The position numbers and the translations under genes were made by a program. 64,000 nucleotides of DNA from a phage: NCBI GenBank assembly GCA_025829515.1, contig GCA_025829515.1_4865.1; one strand, given 5' to 3'. Below, one piece after another: positions 8,629-17,791 of this stretch (its first letter is position 1; each line of letters opens with the position of its first letter). The notes below the pieces were generated by a model. That model was not told where the DNA came from, ran no database searches, and saw nothing but the letters and a program-made list of their open reading frames with translations.

Positions 8629-11139
8629 ATGCTCAAGGTCGAACGTATCATTTTGAAAGGATTTACCGGCATGGGGTTACATGAAATCGAAACGTTTGAT
8701 TTCACCCTTAAGTCAACCGTTACCATCATCCTCGGTGGCAACGGCTGCGGTAAAACAAGCCTCCTATCTGTTTTTCTCCCCTTAGCTCCAGCAAAATCTG
8801 AATTCCGTGAAGGTGGTTCTTACACTAACTACGCGTTAGTCGGGGACGACCGTCTTAAGTTTGAAGTCCTGCGACGTGGGTCTTCTTTGTCTTGTAGTAT
8901 TTTCAATATCACTAAAGGTGTCTCCATCGTAGACTCGGTAAACGCCAAAGTTTACAACTCCATGGTGGAGCAATTAACCGGAATCACCAAAGAAATCAAA
9001 GAGTTAATTAATGGTGAGACCTTATTAACTGACGCCACTACCGAAGTTCGTCGTAAATGGTTTACGTTAATGTCAGAATCTGATCTGACGTACGTTGTTG
9101 GTTGCTATCGACGTTTGCGTAAACTCGCTTCCAGTTTAAGTGGGGCCATTGAGCACACCGGCCGTAAAATCGGTGAGGCAAAAATGCGCGTGGTGGACGA
9201 TGAAGAAGATCGTGCACGTTTGGAAGTTCGTTTGAAAGAACTCGATGCTGAGCTTCAGGAATTAAACCGCACAATTGAAGCGAGACCCGGTTTAGATAAT
9301 GCCGTTTCGGTTGATAGTATCCGGAAACGCATTGCTTCGTTGCAACCGGCTGTAAAACTCATTATGGAACGTTATGGCGTTCTGCCTTCTGACGAACTGA
9401 TTAACGAGTTTCAAAGTCGTGTGGTTGCCTGGCGTGAGCAAGCTGCCTCTGCTGAAACTGAATGCAACATGTACAATAAAGAGTTGTCACAGCTACTGGA
9501 TGAGGAGTCGCGTCAAGCGTATCTGATGCGCAACCATACCGGTCTAAAACAAACAATCGACAGCTTAAAACAGGAACTGGCAACGTTCCAACAGAACTGG
9601 ATGTTCCCGGCTCTGTTTGAAGGTACCCGCATTGATGTGGATAGCATTCAGAACGCGTTAAACGATGCCTGTAACTGGAATTTACCGTTGTCCATGCATC
9701 TGGACCAGTTAAAGACAACAGATCGCCTGGGAGCGTTAGAGAAGCGTTTACAGGGTATGGATTTAACCTCTGCGGGTCTATCTGAAAAGCTGCAACGTTG
9801 TGAGAATGTGCTACACGGTTTATACCACGACCGTCAACACTTCTTAGAAACTGCAGAAGTTGATTGTCCACAGTGTAACCACCGTTTCCGTCCTGGGATT
9901 CGTAAGTCGTTACCTGAAATTGAAAAGGCCATCAACGATAATGAAGGTTGGAAGAAGCAGCTGAAAGACGAAATGGATAGTCTTTTGCGTGACCGCAAAG
10001 AGATTGAAGAGGACGTCCGTAGCTTACGTACGATTCGCGAAATCGTCATGTCGTATTCCAACCATCCTGTTGTCGGTTTGTTTTTCCGTAAACTGCAGGA
10101 GCTGGATATCTTCACCACGGCGCGGGATCGTTATGGTGCCATTGCACGTGCCTTTACCGAAGAGTTAGATTCGGCCATGATGTATCTGCGTCAATCAGCG
10201 AAGCTTGCAACAGCGGAACGGGAATGGCAAGAGGCTGTTGCCGCAGTAGGTAATGTTGATGGTGCGCTGAGCCAGAAAATTGAACATATCCGTTCACAAC
10301 TGGACGGGGCTAACCGTCGACTGATAGAATACCGCAGACAAGCCAATGAGCTGGAACGCGAAACCACCCAACTGCAACAAACCAAAGAAGCAATCGAACG
10401 TTTCCAAAAAGGCTACGAACATCTGGTATCGGAAATGAACATCTCCGTTAACAACGTCGTGGTTCGCGAGTTGTTAAACCGACGCGAAGCGAAGCTCGAT
10501 GCGTACACTTCCGCTCGTGAACGGTTTCGTCAAATGGAAGGGGCTATTGCACGTTTAGCGGAATTGGAAAAAGAGCAAGCTGAGTTGCTCAAAGAACACC
10601 ATCATGCCAGATTGATTATCAATGCCGTCTCACCCGAAAAAGGATTATTGCGTCGTTACTTTTATGCTGCGATTACCCGCATCATGGATTTAATGAATCG
10701 GTATATCGAAATGGTGTGGGCATATCCGATGCAGGTTATTCCATGCGATCTAACCGACGGGGATTTGGATTATACTTTCCCGGTGCGATTAAAAGACCAT
10801 GAAGAACTGGTGCCGGATGTGAAGAAAGGTTCAAAAGCACAGCGTATCATTTTCAACATGATGTTTCGTTTAACGGCGTATAAAGCACTTGGTTTACAAA
10901 ATTATCCTTTGTTATTGGATGAACCATCTGAAGGCATGGATGAAGAACACAAAAACCGATTAGTTAACTTCATTAAATCGTTGGCGTTGTCGGGAGAGTT
11001 TTCTCAATTGCTGGTCGTTTCGCATGAAGCGGAAGTTCATTCTAAACTTAACGAAGCCACCTACTGTGTCGTAGAACCAGAAGGTGTAACGCTTCCACCG
11101 GTGTATAACGAAGGGGTAATAATCAAATATGCATCATAA
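8629..11139 (+). CDS. Rad50/SbcC-like SMC-family ATPase (836 aa)
   Basis: N-terminal Walker A ILGGNGCGKTSLL, long central coiled-coil-like region with CPQC zinc-hook-like motif, C-terminal Walker B LLLDEPSEGMDE. Confidence 0.75.
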   Translation: MLKVERIILKGFTGMGLHEIETFDFTLKSTVTIILGGNGCGKTSLLSVFLPLAPAKSEFREGGSYTNYALVGDDRLKFEVLRRGSSLSCSIFNITKGVSIVDSVNAKVYNSMVEQLTGITKEIKELINGETLLTDATTEVRRKWFTLMSESDLTYVVGCYRRLRKLASSLSGAIEHTGRKIGEAKMRVVDDEEDRARLEVRLKELDAELQELNRTIEARPGLDNAVSVDSIRKRIASLQPAVKLIMERYGVLPSDELINEFQSRVVAWREQAASAETECNMYNKELSQLLDEESRQAYLMRNHTGLKQTIDSLKQELATFQQNWMFPALFEGTRIDVDSIQNALNDACNWNLPLSMHLDQLKTTDRLGALEKRLQGMDLTSAGLSEKLQRCENVLHGLYHDRQHFLETAEVDCPQCNHRFRPGIRKSLPEIEKAINDNEGWKKQLKDEMDSLLRDRKEIEEDVRSLRTIREIVMSYSNHPVVGLFFRKLQELDIFTTARDRYGAIARAFTEELDSAMMYLRQSAKLATAEREWQEAVAAVGNVDGALSQKIEHIRSQLDGANRRLIEYRRQANELERETTQLQQTKEAIERFQKGYEHLVSEMNISVNNVVVRELLNRREAKLDAYTSARERFRQMEGAIARLAELEKEQAELLKEHHHARLIINAVSPEKGLLRRYFYAAITRIMDLMNRYIEMVWAYPMQVIPCDLTDGDLDYTFPVRLKDHEELVPDVKKGSKAQRIIFNMMFRLTAYKALGLQNYPLLLDEPSEGMDEEHKNRLVNFIKSLALSGEFSQLLVVSHEAEVHSKLNEATYCVVEPEGVTLPPVYNEGVIIKYAS

Positions 11140-11320
11140 AGGTTGGCGCTTATGGGCTTGGTGGGGTTTTCAGTTCCTTCAGTTTGTTGTGATGGTACTG
11201 TACCTCTCCTTTTGTGCAACCGTAGTGGTTATCGCTGCGGTCGTTTATTTAGCTGCTGCTCTTAAAGAACGTCTGTTCGACACGCGTTGTGAGTGGCGAG
11301 ATATAGGGGAACGGACATGA
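11129..11320 (+). CDS. small hydrophobic/membrane protein (63 aa)
   Basis: Trp-rich hydrophobic ORF; first of five overlapping small membrane-type ORFs. Confidence 0.35.
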   Translation: MHHKGWRLWAWWGFQFLQFVVMVLYLSFCATVVVIAAVVYLAAALKERLFDTRCEWRDIGERT

Positions 11321-11421
11321 TTGAAGGTATCGTATTAACCGGTATTGCACTGTGGTTGATTCGTGGTGCCTGGGGTTGGATTATCCGCACGAAAGGATGG
11401 GCGTTCCATGGCAACACGTAA
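11317..11421 (+). CDS. small membrane peptide (34 aa)
   Basis: ATGA overlap with preceding ORF; hydrophobic MIEGIVLTGIALWLIRGAWGW. Confidence 0.35.
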   Translation: MIEGIVLTGIALWLIRGAWGWIIRTKGWAFHGNT

Positions 11422-11611
11422 ACCACGTCGCTTAAAATCTTGGGCGGTTGTGATAATGCACACTGTAGTGTTGCTGGGTATTTTCTTGTCTCGTGCCACG
11501 CCTGCCTTTTGGGGCTTAGTTGTTTTGGTGTTCTTAGAAGGGGTTTACTTCGGTAATCTGTGGAGCAAGCCCCCGCGTTTAAGGGACCCGGCTTATGACA
11601 GTCGTGAATAG
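11408..11611 (+). CDS. small membrane protein (67 aa)
   Basis: AAGGA RBS; N-terminal basic stretch then TM segment. Confidence 0.4.
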   Translation: MATRKPRRLKSWAVVIMHTVVLLGIFLSRATPAFWGLVVLVFLEGVYFGNLWSKPPRLRDPAYDSRE

Positions 11612-11726
11612 TGTCAACGCGGCGATGATTGCAACGGGTGCGTATGACGGTGCCACATGGACAGATGTTGGTATCACGCTTATCATTTGCGCAATCGGAG
11701 CGTTTGTAGCAACATGGTTATTTTAG
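11595..11726 (+). CDS. small membrane peptide (43 aa)
   Basis: Overlapping start; hydrophobic ...GITLIICAIGAFVATWLF. Confidence 0.35.
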   Translation: MTVVNSVNAAMIATGAYDGATWTDVGITLIICAIGAFVATWLF

Positions 11727-11821
11727 TGAAATGGGTTGGGTGTATCGTCTGTAGCCTGATACTAGGAGCGGGCGCATACGCCCTAGGCGCAATCCTTGCA
11801 TTGACGCAAGGTTGGTTTTAA
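11726..11821 (+). CDS. small membrane peptide (31 aa, GTG start)
   Basis: GTG overlapping previous stop by 1 nt; hydrophobic CIVCSLILGAGAYALGAILAL. Confidence 0.3.
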   Translation: MKWVGCIVCSLILGAGAYALGAILALTQGWF

Positions 11822-11839
11822 CAGGAGGGTAATTACGAA

Positions 11840-12118
11840 GTGGGAGAAACGTCATGTAACAGTGAAACAGTCTCTGATCCCGTGGTCGTGGGTTCAGGGG
11901 CGGCCGAGCCAACCCGGCGTATCGTTCTTTCGGGCGTGGGGATGGCTATAGGGTCTTCAAAGAACCTTCTAGCAGACATCGCGGAAGTCTGCGGGCCGGA
12001 TGATTTTGCAGTTTCACGTACAGTCGGGGAAGACTGGCGTGGTAATCAGAAGCGCCATGAGCGAATGTGGCGACGGAAGGTTACCTCAGCATCGCAGCGT
12101 TTTCAACGACGTTGTTGA
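11840..12118 (+). CDS. hypothetical protein (92 aa, GTG start)
   Basis: Strong AGGAGGG RBS before GTG; coding status uncertain. Confidence 0.3.
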   Translation: MGETSCNSETVSDPVVVGSGAAEPTRRIVLSGVGMAIGSSKNLLADIAEVCGPDDFAVSRTVGEDWRGNQKRHERMWRRKVTSASQRFQRRC

Positions 12119-12237
12119 TCAAAGACACGGTTCCGATAGAGAACTGGTCTTTACCTGCAGCGGTATACACCGCTAAGCTTTACCGGTAAACTTAAGAAAA
12201 CACAAACGCAATTCTTCGTTACTCGCTTTCATCGCAG

Positions 12238-12753
12238 GTGAAAGCTCACTTAGGAATTCAGCTCATGGCCGAAATTGTCATTCTTTCCTCATCCTCAGAT
12301 TTAACGGAAGCACAAAATAAACAGCTGTTGGGGCTGCATTATAAATTTCTGAACCACCAACGTACCATACTCCATATCGAAAAAGGTGAGATTCCGAACC
12401 TCACTCTGGAGAAACTGTTGGCGGGGAACCGTGCCTGCGTTGCTCTGGAAGGGGGCACCCCTGTTGGTTACTGTTTGTATCGCGTAATCGCTGGGGTTCT
12501 GAAGATTCGTACGATGTTCGTGTCCGAAATGGCACGCCGTCGCAAAACGATGACGCAGATTTTTGATGCGCTTGATGTGAATGAGCAGTTCACCAGTGCG
12601 CATGGGGGAATATACGCTTGCCAGGAAGCTGGTATTGCGTTCTTTACCGCTCGCGGTTTTGACAAGACCGTCTCTACAGACGGACAATGGCTTGAATTTA
12701 AGAAGCAGGTTCCTGCGGAAGCAGATGAACCTTTAAGGACTGCGGTAGCATAG
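12238..12753 (+). CDS. putative GNAT-family acetyltransferase-like protein
   Basis: Weak resemblance to GNAT acetyl-CoA binding region; start uncertain (GTG 12238 or ATG 12265). Confidence 0.35.
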   Translation: MKAHLGIQLMAEIVILSSSSDLTEAQNKQLLGLHYKFLNHQRTILHIEKGEIPNLTLEKLLAGNRACVALEGGTPVGYCLYRVIAGVLKIRTMFVSEMARRRKTMTQIFDALDVNEQFTSAHGGIYACQEAGIAFFTARGFDKTVSTDGQWLEFKKQVPAEADEPLRTAVA

Positions 12754-12823
12754 TCCTGTTTTAGCACTCCTTACGATTATGCCTCACTATGAGTGGGGTA
12801 TTTTTACGCGAGGAGTGCTATTT

Positions 12824-13042
12824 ATGTTTCACCGTCCTGGGTTTTCAGCTTTAAACACCGATGTCTGTTGGGCTGAGTACGAGCGGGTGAAGGAGTTCTT
12901 ACCCGTAAATCCTAAACACATCAACGTGGGTACTATCGGGCGTGTTGCGTTCGATGATACTCCGCTGAGTACGTGTATTAAAGCAGCGCTTGGTACGCTG
13001 CCTGAGCCTCACCACCACGACTGGGAGGCAACTTTACCCTAA
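12824..13042 (+). CDS. hypothetical protein (72 aa)
   Basis: GAGGAG RBS upstream of ATG 12824. Confidence 0.35.
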   Translation: MFHRPGFSALNTDVCWAEYERVKEFLPVNPKHINVGTIGRVAFDDTPLSTCIKAALGTLPEPHHHDWEATLP

Positions 13043-13053
13043 GGAGCATTAAA

Positions 13054-13476
13054 ATGGTTACCGCTATTCGCGAAACAAAATCACTATACGATCATTTATC
13101 AGAAGAAGAAACAGCCTTATTCTACGACCTGTTACCTGAAACCAAAGCAAACGTTCAGTGGTGGTTACGTTTAGCGCTACGTGATAAAGTTGGGGAAACG
13201 CCGGTTAGTATTCTCGCGCACACGTTGGACATGACGCCCATGATTGAAATCGCGATTACCCGCCCTAAATTCTGGCGGCCTGGTATGGTGCGTGAGGCGT
13301 ATCTACTCCAACGCTTAGGTGTTGACCCGGAGAAGTGTTGGCGTAAGATGGACGACCATCGCTACCGTGAAGAAATTACGAATAGCCTCAACACTATGTT
13401 GGCAATGAAACGGCTCGGTATCGAACACGAAGGTTTCGAGTCAGCGGTAAAAGCCTGGGTGAAAAGGAATAGCTAA
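13054..13476 (+). CDS. hypothetical protein (140 aa)
   Basis: AAGGAG RBS; ORF. Confidence 0.55.
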   Translation: MVTAIRETKSLYDHLSEEETALFYDLLPETKANVQWWLRLALRDKVGETPVSILAHTLDMTPMIEIAITRPKFWRPGMVREAYLLQRLGVDPEKCWRKMDDHRYREEITNSLNTMLAMKRLGIEHEGFESAVKAWVKRNS

Positions 13477-13725
13477 ATGCAAAAAACAATCATCGGAATA
13501 ACGGTTGGTTCTTTCTGTGGCTTCCCTACCCCACAAACAGAACCCCAATATTTGGGCGCAGGCAAACCTGACCCGGAAGTCCGTAAGTTGCGCGAAGAAG
13601 CAAAAGCCAGAGTTCTTACTGAGCTGGAATCGTTGCTTCAGTCTCCGGTTATTTCACAATGGGGTATGGCAATAGATGTCACTCGAACTGATCGACGAGG
13701 CCGTTATCTCCCACGACTTGTTTAA
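13477..13725 (+). CDS. hypothetical protein (82 aa)
   Basis: AAGGA RBS; abuts previous stop. Confidence 0.45.
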   Translation: MQKTIIGITVGSFCGFPTPQTEPQYLGAGKPDPEVRKLREEAKARVLTELESLLQSPVISQWGMAIDVTRTDRRGRYLPRLV

Positions 13726-14176
13726 CGCGCCTGAGCGCTTCAAGGTCGTTACAGTTAACTGCGTTGGTGCAATGGGAAGGGGCATTGCCTTGGCGTGCCG
13801 AGAACGCTTCCCATCGCTTTATAATGACTATCGCCAGAAATGCCGTAAAGAGCAAATCGTTATCGGTGAGGTCTATTGTTATCCTGAGGAAGGGGTAATA
13901 CTCCTTCCTACTAAAACCCATTTTCGCTATAAATCGCAGATTTACTATGTCACGTCCGGCATTGATGCGCTGGCGCGACTAGGGGAAGACTTAGAAGGAG
14001 GGATTGCGATACCACCCCTAGGGATGGCTAACGGTTGGTTACGTTACCATGAGCGATTGGAAATCTTTATACACTTACAGAAACGACTACAGCACACGGA
14101 GCAGACTTATCGATTCTATTTACCGGACACCTTGCTGAGGGAAGCAGAGAAAATCATCCCAAATAGTTTCAAATAG
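13676..14176 (+). CDS. macro-domain (ADP-ribose binding/processing) protein (166 aa)
   Basis: VVTVNCVGAMGRGIALAC and GIAIPPLGMANGW resemble macro-domain Gly-rich loop and second conserved loop. Confidence 0.55.
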   Translation: MSLELIDEAVISHDLFNAPERFKVVTVNCVGAMGRGIALACRERFPSLYNDYRQKCRKEQIVIGEVYCYPEEGVILLPTKTHFRYKSQIYYVTSGIDALARLGEDLEGGIAIPPLGMANGWLRYHERLEIFIHLQKRLQHTEQTYRFYLPDTLLREAEKIIPNSFK

Positions 14177-14191
14177 ATATTATCATCAGGG
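14171..14191 (+). promoter_or_regulatory. putative phage promoter motif copy (aaatagatattatcatcaggg)
   Basis: Conserved motif copy upstream of gene 14276. Confidence 0.45.
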
Positions 14192-14275
14192 CACATTACA
14201 AAGGAGCACAATGCCGTCCGCGCCGTCTTCCCGGATTGGGAACGGAAAAGTATAAATCCGTTTGGAGATACATCC

Positions 14276-14998
14276 ATGTTTCGCACCATTTTATTTCTTC
14301 TGGTAGCAATGACTACGTTCAACAGCAACGCTTCTTACCAGACCACCAGTAACAAACACCAAAAAGAATTCGTCCTTATCCAGGACCAGTTCAATGAGAT
14401 TAAACCTCTCATCGTCACCGCATCTCGAAAACAAGGCGTACATGCCGGGATGCTCGCGACCACCATTTATCGTGAATCCCGTTTTAATAAAAACGTGGGT
14501 AAGAATAAATCGAGCAGTGCTAGTAGTGTTGTCCAAATGACGACAGGCACTAAACGCTCCATGATACGTCTGTATGGGAAACAACTTAACATCCCAAAGA
14601 ATGCGGACCTTAATAAACCGAAGTATGCTGTACAGCTTGCTGCCGTTTACATGAAACACATCGAGGATCATCTGACAAAACAACTCAAACGCAAGCCGAG
14701 CACAGCCGAAATCGCTTTAGGCTACCGCTTCGGTGAGGGTGCTGCTGTTGCGATGATTAAAAAGAAATCACCGGTCGGGAAACGCTGGATGGCCAGCTAC
14801 CGAAAAGACGCAGCATTCTACGGTGCGAAAATGACACCACCGAAAGCTGAAACACGTCAGCTTGCTTTTGCGAAGGAAGACCGCGACCAACGCGTCGCTG
14901 AGCTTCAGAAAATCTGGGATACGCTGTACACCAAAATATCACCTGCGGCCGGTACATTACTGGCAAATAACACTATCATGAAAGGAGCATTGCTTTGA
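14276..14998 (+). CDS. secreted lytic transglycosylase-like protein (240 aa)
   Basis: N-terminal signal peptide; TIYRESRFN...SSVVQMTTGT resembles SLT catalytic E-S and GLMQ motifs. Confidence 0.55.
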   Translation: MFRTILFLLVAMTTFNSNASYQTTSNKHQKEFVLIQDQFNEIKPLIVTASRKQGVHAGMLATTIYRESRFNKNVGKNKSSSASSVVQMTTGTKRSMIRLYGKQLNIPKNADLNKPKYAVQLAAVYMKHIEDHLTKQLKRKPSTAEIALGYRFGEGAAVAMIKKKSPVGKRWMASYRKDAAFYGAKMTPPKAETRQLAFAKEDRDQRVAELQKIWDTLYTKISPAAGTLLANNTIMKGALL

Positions 14999-15588
14999 CA
15001 CTCGTAACACGCCCCTGGTATCCAGGTCTTAAAACAGCCGCACAAATCACCGCCAAAGACGTTTACGAACTGATTCGCGCGGGTGCGGAACACGTTCAAA
15101 CCAATCCGAACTACGTTGAGCGTCCTATCGGTGAAGTCGATGGGGAAGCTGTCGAAGCACCTGTCTACGTTGAGTACGGCGAATGGTTCGCAGAGAACCA
15201 CGGTTTCTACGACGCGTTAAACGCGGCGTTTGGTGATGACGAAGACGAAGGTATCGAATTCGACTGGAACGTTAATCTGGCGCTGATGTGGATTTGTGGT
15301 TTACGTCCAGCAATTAACGAAACCGAAGCAGGCTTCGTGCTGACGTGGCGACAGTCGGCGGGTTACGATAAAGAACTCGACTTCAAACAGGCGTATATGG
15401 ATGTGTCGATTGCACTGCAGAAACTGTTCTTCGGCGATCGTGCTTTCTGCCAGCTCAGCTGGTTGACCATCCTGGAAAAACTGGCAACGTGCCACAAACT
15501 GTGGCGAGCAGAAGATGCCCCAGAACATCTTTTCGTGCTCGAATATGCAGTGGTACCGAACCAGCCGTTCTTTGAGGCCGAAGCGTAA
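14995..15588 (+). CDS. hypothetical acidic protein (197 aa, TTG start)
   Basis: AAAGGAG RBS 6 nt upstream of TTG; followed by terminator. Confidence 0.5.
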   Translation: MTLVTRPWYPGLKTAAQITAKDVYELIRAGAEHVQTNPNYVERPIGEVDGEAVEAPVYVEYGEWFAENHGFYDALNAAFGDDEDEGIEFDWNVNLALMWICGLRPAINETEAGFVLTWRQSAGYDKELDFKQAYMDVSIALQKLFFGDRAFCQLSWLTILEKLATCHKLWRAEDAPEHLFVLEYAVVPNQPFFEAEA

Positions 15589-15593
15589 TTAAC

Positions 15594-15626
15594 GGTCAGA
15601 CCTTCGGGTCTGACCACCTTTTATTT
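15594..15626 (+). terminator. rho-independent terminator
   Basis: ggtcagaccttcgggtctgacc hairpin + T-run. Confidence 0.6.
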
Positions 15627-15639
15627 AATTCTTGGGTGT

Positions 15640-15906
15640 GTGTTCGTGAAACGTTTAATAAATTTTCTCTACTGGATGGAGAAACGCTATAGCCACAACA
15701 TTCCGATGATGTATAGTTTGTTATTCTCCACGGTAATGTTGGTAATCGGTGCGATCGTCGCACATCTGATGGAACTCACGTCCCCATGGGCGCAACTCTT
15801 TCTTACCATCTGGATGTTGTTCTCAGGCTACCACATACGTGGTTTCATAACCCGATTCTTTCGCTGGCGGAGTACCTGGCACGTCTTTAATTCCGACCGT
15901 AACTAG
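15640..15906 (+). CDS. small membrane protein, holin-like (88 aa)
   Basis: Two predicted TM segments, basic C-terminus; weak RBS, GTG start. Confidence 0.35.
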   Translation: MFVKRLINFLYWMEKRYSHNIPMMYSLLFSTVMLVIGAIVAHLMELTSPWAQLFLTIWMLFSGYHIRGFITRFFRWRSTWHVFNSDRN

Positions 15907-15966
15907 TTTTTTACAGCAGTAACTAATCATCTGAAAATACCATTGACTTTTATAAGGACTATTAAC

Positions 15967-17100
15967 ATGCAATTTCCAATTTCCGTAATCGAAGATATGG
16001 CTCGTGTAGTACGTGACCGTGCGTATGTGCTTAGCTACGAAGGTATTCGTGCATATTCAGAAGCTCTGATTGCACAACACGTCACTGGCACCGGTGTTAT
16101 CAACCCGGATCTTTACAATGCGCTGGTCGATAACAATGTGGAGGCTTATCTGCCGCTGCCGCACCTGCGTAATAAGTTGTGCCTTTCTTCTCAAACTCTT
16201 CAGTTTGATAACCTGCCGCCACTGAAATATTCGCCAGATGACCGTTGGGGAAGTATGCTGGGCGTAGCTTTCCAAAATTGCCACGCGCCTTATAACTGGT
16301 CTATTCTCGTTGAAGGTGTTGATGGCGTCTGGTATGCCATTGCACATTCTGACGGATTCTTCTTCGAACCAGGTGAGTTGATTAAACCAGTAAGTGCCCC
16401 ACAAGGCCGTGCTAAGGTTGGGCATTGTTACATTGAATTGACTCATGTCCAGTGGACTATCGAAGACTGGCGTGCTGCCTCCGTTATCTTCGGTGACGGT
16501 AAACCACACTCAGTTACTTTCGAGCGTTGTGAAGCAGAGCATGTTGAAGAGACTGACAATGACGAAGTGGGAGATCGTTACGCGCCGCTGGAAGAGTGCC
16601 GTAACATCGCGAACATCGACTGGGTGAAAGTCTTTACGGCCAACCCCGGTTTCCGTGGCCAGACTATCAACCCCGGCGAAGTAACCTGGGAAGGTTTCGT
16701 ACAACTCGCAGATAAACTCGGTTATGACGTGTGGGATTACACCTACAAACGTCCATACCCGAATGCGTCGGAAGATGAAGACCACGATGAAATCATTCTG
16801 GAAAACCTGGCTGATATCGAAAACGTGTTCATCGATGATGAAATCTTCATCACCCTCGGCATTGAGCGTCCGAAATCAACCGCATATCCGGTATCGGTTG
16901 CCAACGTTATTCAGGAACTGGGCAAGATGCAGGAGCAGACCGTCGAAGTGAAAATCGACGAAGAGCAAATGCATATCGCTGCACAGGTACAGAAAACTCT
17001 GAACCTGGATAAGCTGTACGCGGAAATCCGCAAGCAGCCGAAAAAGAAACGTACTGCTGCCACAATCAAAGCAATGATGCGTGAAATTATCGGCAAGTAA
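15967..17100 (+). CDS. hypothetical protein (377 aa)
   Basis: ATG 15967 with AAGGA RBS; followed by bidirectional terminator. Confidence 0.6.
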   Translation: MQFPISVIEDMARVVRDRAYVLSYEGIRAYSEALIAQHVTGTGVINPDLYNALVDNNVEAYLPLPHLRNKLCLSSQTLQFDNLPPLKYSPDDRWGSMLGVAFQNCHAPYNWSILVEGVDGVWYAIAHSDGFFFEPGELIKPVSAPQGRAKVGHCYIELTHVQWTIEDWRAASVIFGDGKPHSVTFERCEAEHVEETDNDEVGDRYAPLEECRNIANIDWVKVFTANPGFRGQTINPGEVTWEGFVQLADKLGYDVWDYTYKRPYPNASEDEDHDEIILENLADIENVFIDDEIFITLGIERPKSTAYPVSVANVIQELGKMQEQTVEVKIDEEQMHIAAQVQKTLNLDKLYAEIRKQPKKKRTAATIKAMMREIIGK

Positions 17101-17106
17101 TGCGAT

Positions 17107-17157
17107 AAAAAATAAAAGCCTACCTACTCCCTTGGGAGTAGGTAGTTCTTTTTTTCT
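17107..17157. terminator. bidirectional intrinsic terminator
   Basis: A-run, hairpin cctacctactcccttgggagtaggtag, T-run; between convergent genes. Confidence 0.65.
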
Positions 17158-17781
17158 TTAATTTGTTAACCCGTTATCTTTCAGGATTTTCAACATCGCA
17201 TCATTCAACGCCTGCAGTTCTTGATTCTGCTTAGTGAGTGTTGCAACTTGTTCTGTCAGAGGAACCTGCTCACGGATTTTGGCTTTACGCACCGCTTCCA
17301 TTTGCAAGTGTTCTTCTTCCGTCACCGTCCCTTCGTAATCCATCGATGTGATGTCCACACGTGCATCGATTCCTAAACCGCGTTCTAAGATGCTTTTCAG
17401 GTCGTTCGTTAGCAGTGTGACATCGACGTATTCGGGTATTAATGCCAGGTCAATAACCACCACATTGCGTCTATAATTTAACCCATTCAGTCCAGGATAC
17501 GTCTCAATGTACGTATCAGGCAACTCGTAGACTTGACCGTCCCTCGACTTTAATGTTACAATCGAGGCTTCGACATTAGCGTCGCTGATATAGTCGTCAC
17601 GAGTTAGGCCGACAGGTTTATAATACTTGTTATAAACGTCAATATTATTACGTTGGAGTTTCGGAAAGTTCTGTACCGCGTCAACACGGTAAATCACTTT
17701 ATCTGGCAACGTATAAGGTGCCTTAACCTTGAACAACCCCTCAAGGTTAACCTGAGGCGTGTTAGGCAACAGTTGTGCCAT
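17158..17781 (-). CDS. hypothetical protein, possibly structural (207 aa)
   Basis: Minus-strand ORF with AAGGAGGG RBS; operon with next gene. Confidence 0.6.
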   Translation of the reverse strand: MAQLLPNTPQVNLEGLFKVKAPYTLPDKVIYRVDAVQNFPKLQRNNIDVYNKYYKPVGLTRDDYISDANVEASIVTLKSRDGQVYELPDTYIETYPGLNGLNYRRNVVVIDLALIPEYVDVTLLTNDLKSILERGLGIDARVDITSMDYEGTVTEEEHLQMEAVRKAKIREQVPLTEQVATLTKQNQELQALNDAMLKILKDNGLTN

Positions 17782-17791
17782 TTAACCCTCC

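Noticed and set aside
11850-12000. Possible tRNA or structured RNA (GGGTTCAGGGG resembles a T-loop)
   Set aside because: Could not fold a cloverleaf with acceptor, D- and anticodon arms by eye; region is covered by an ORF with a strong RBS. A tRNAscan/Infernal run would be needed to rule it out.
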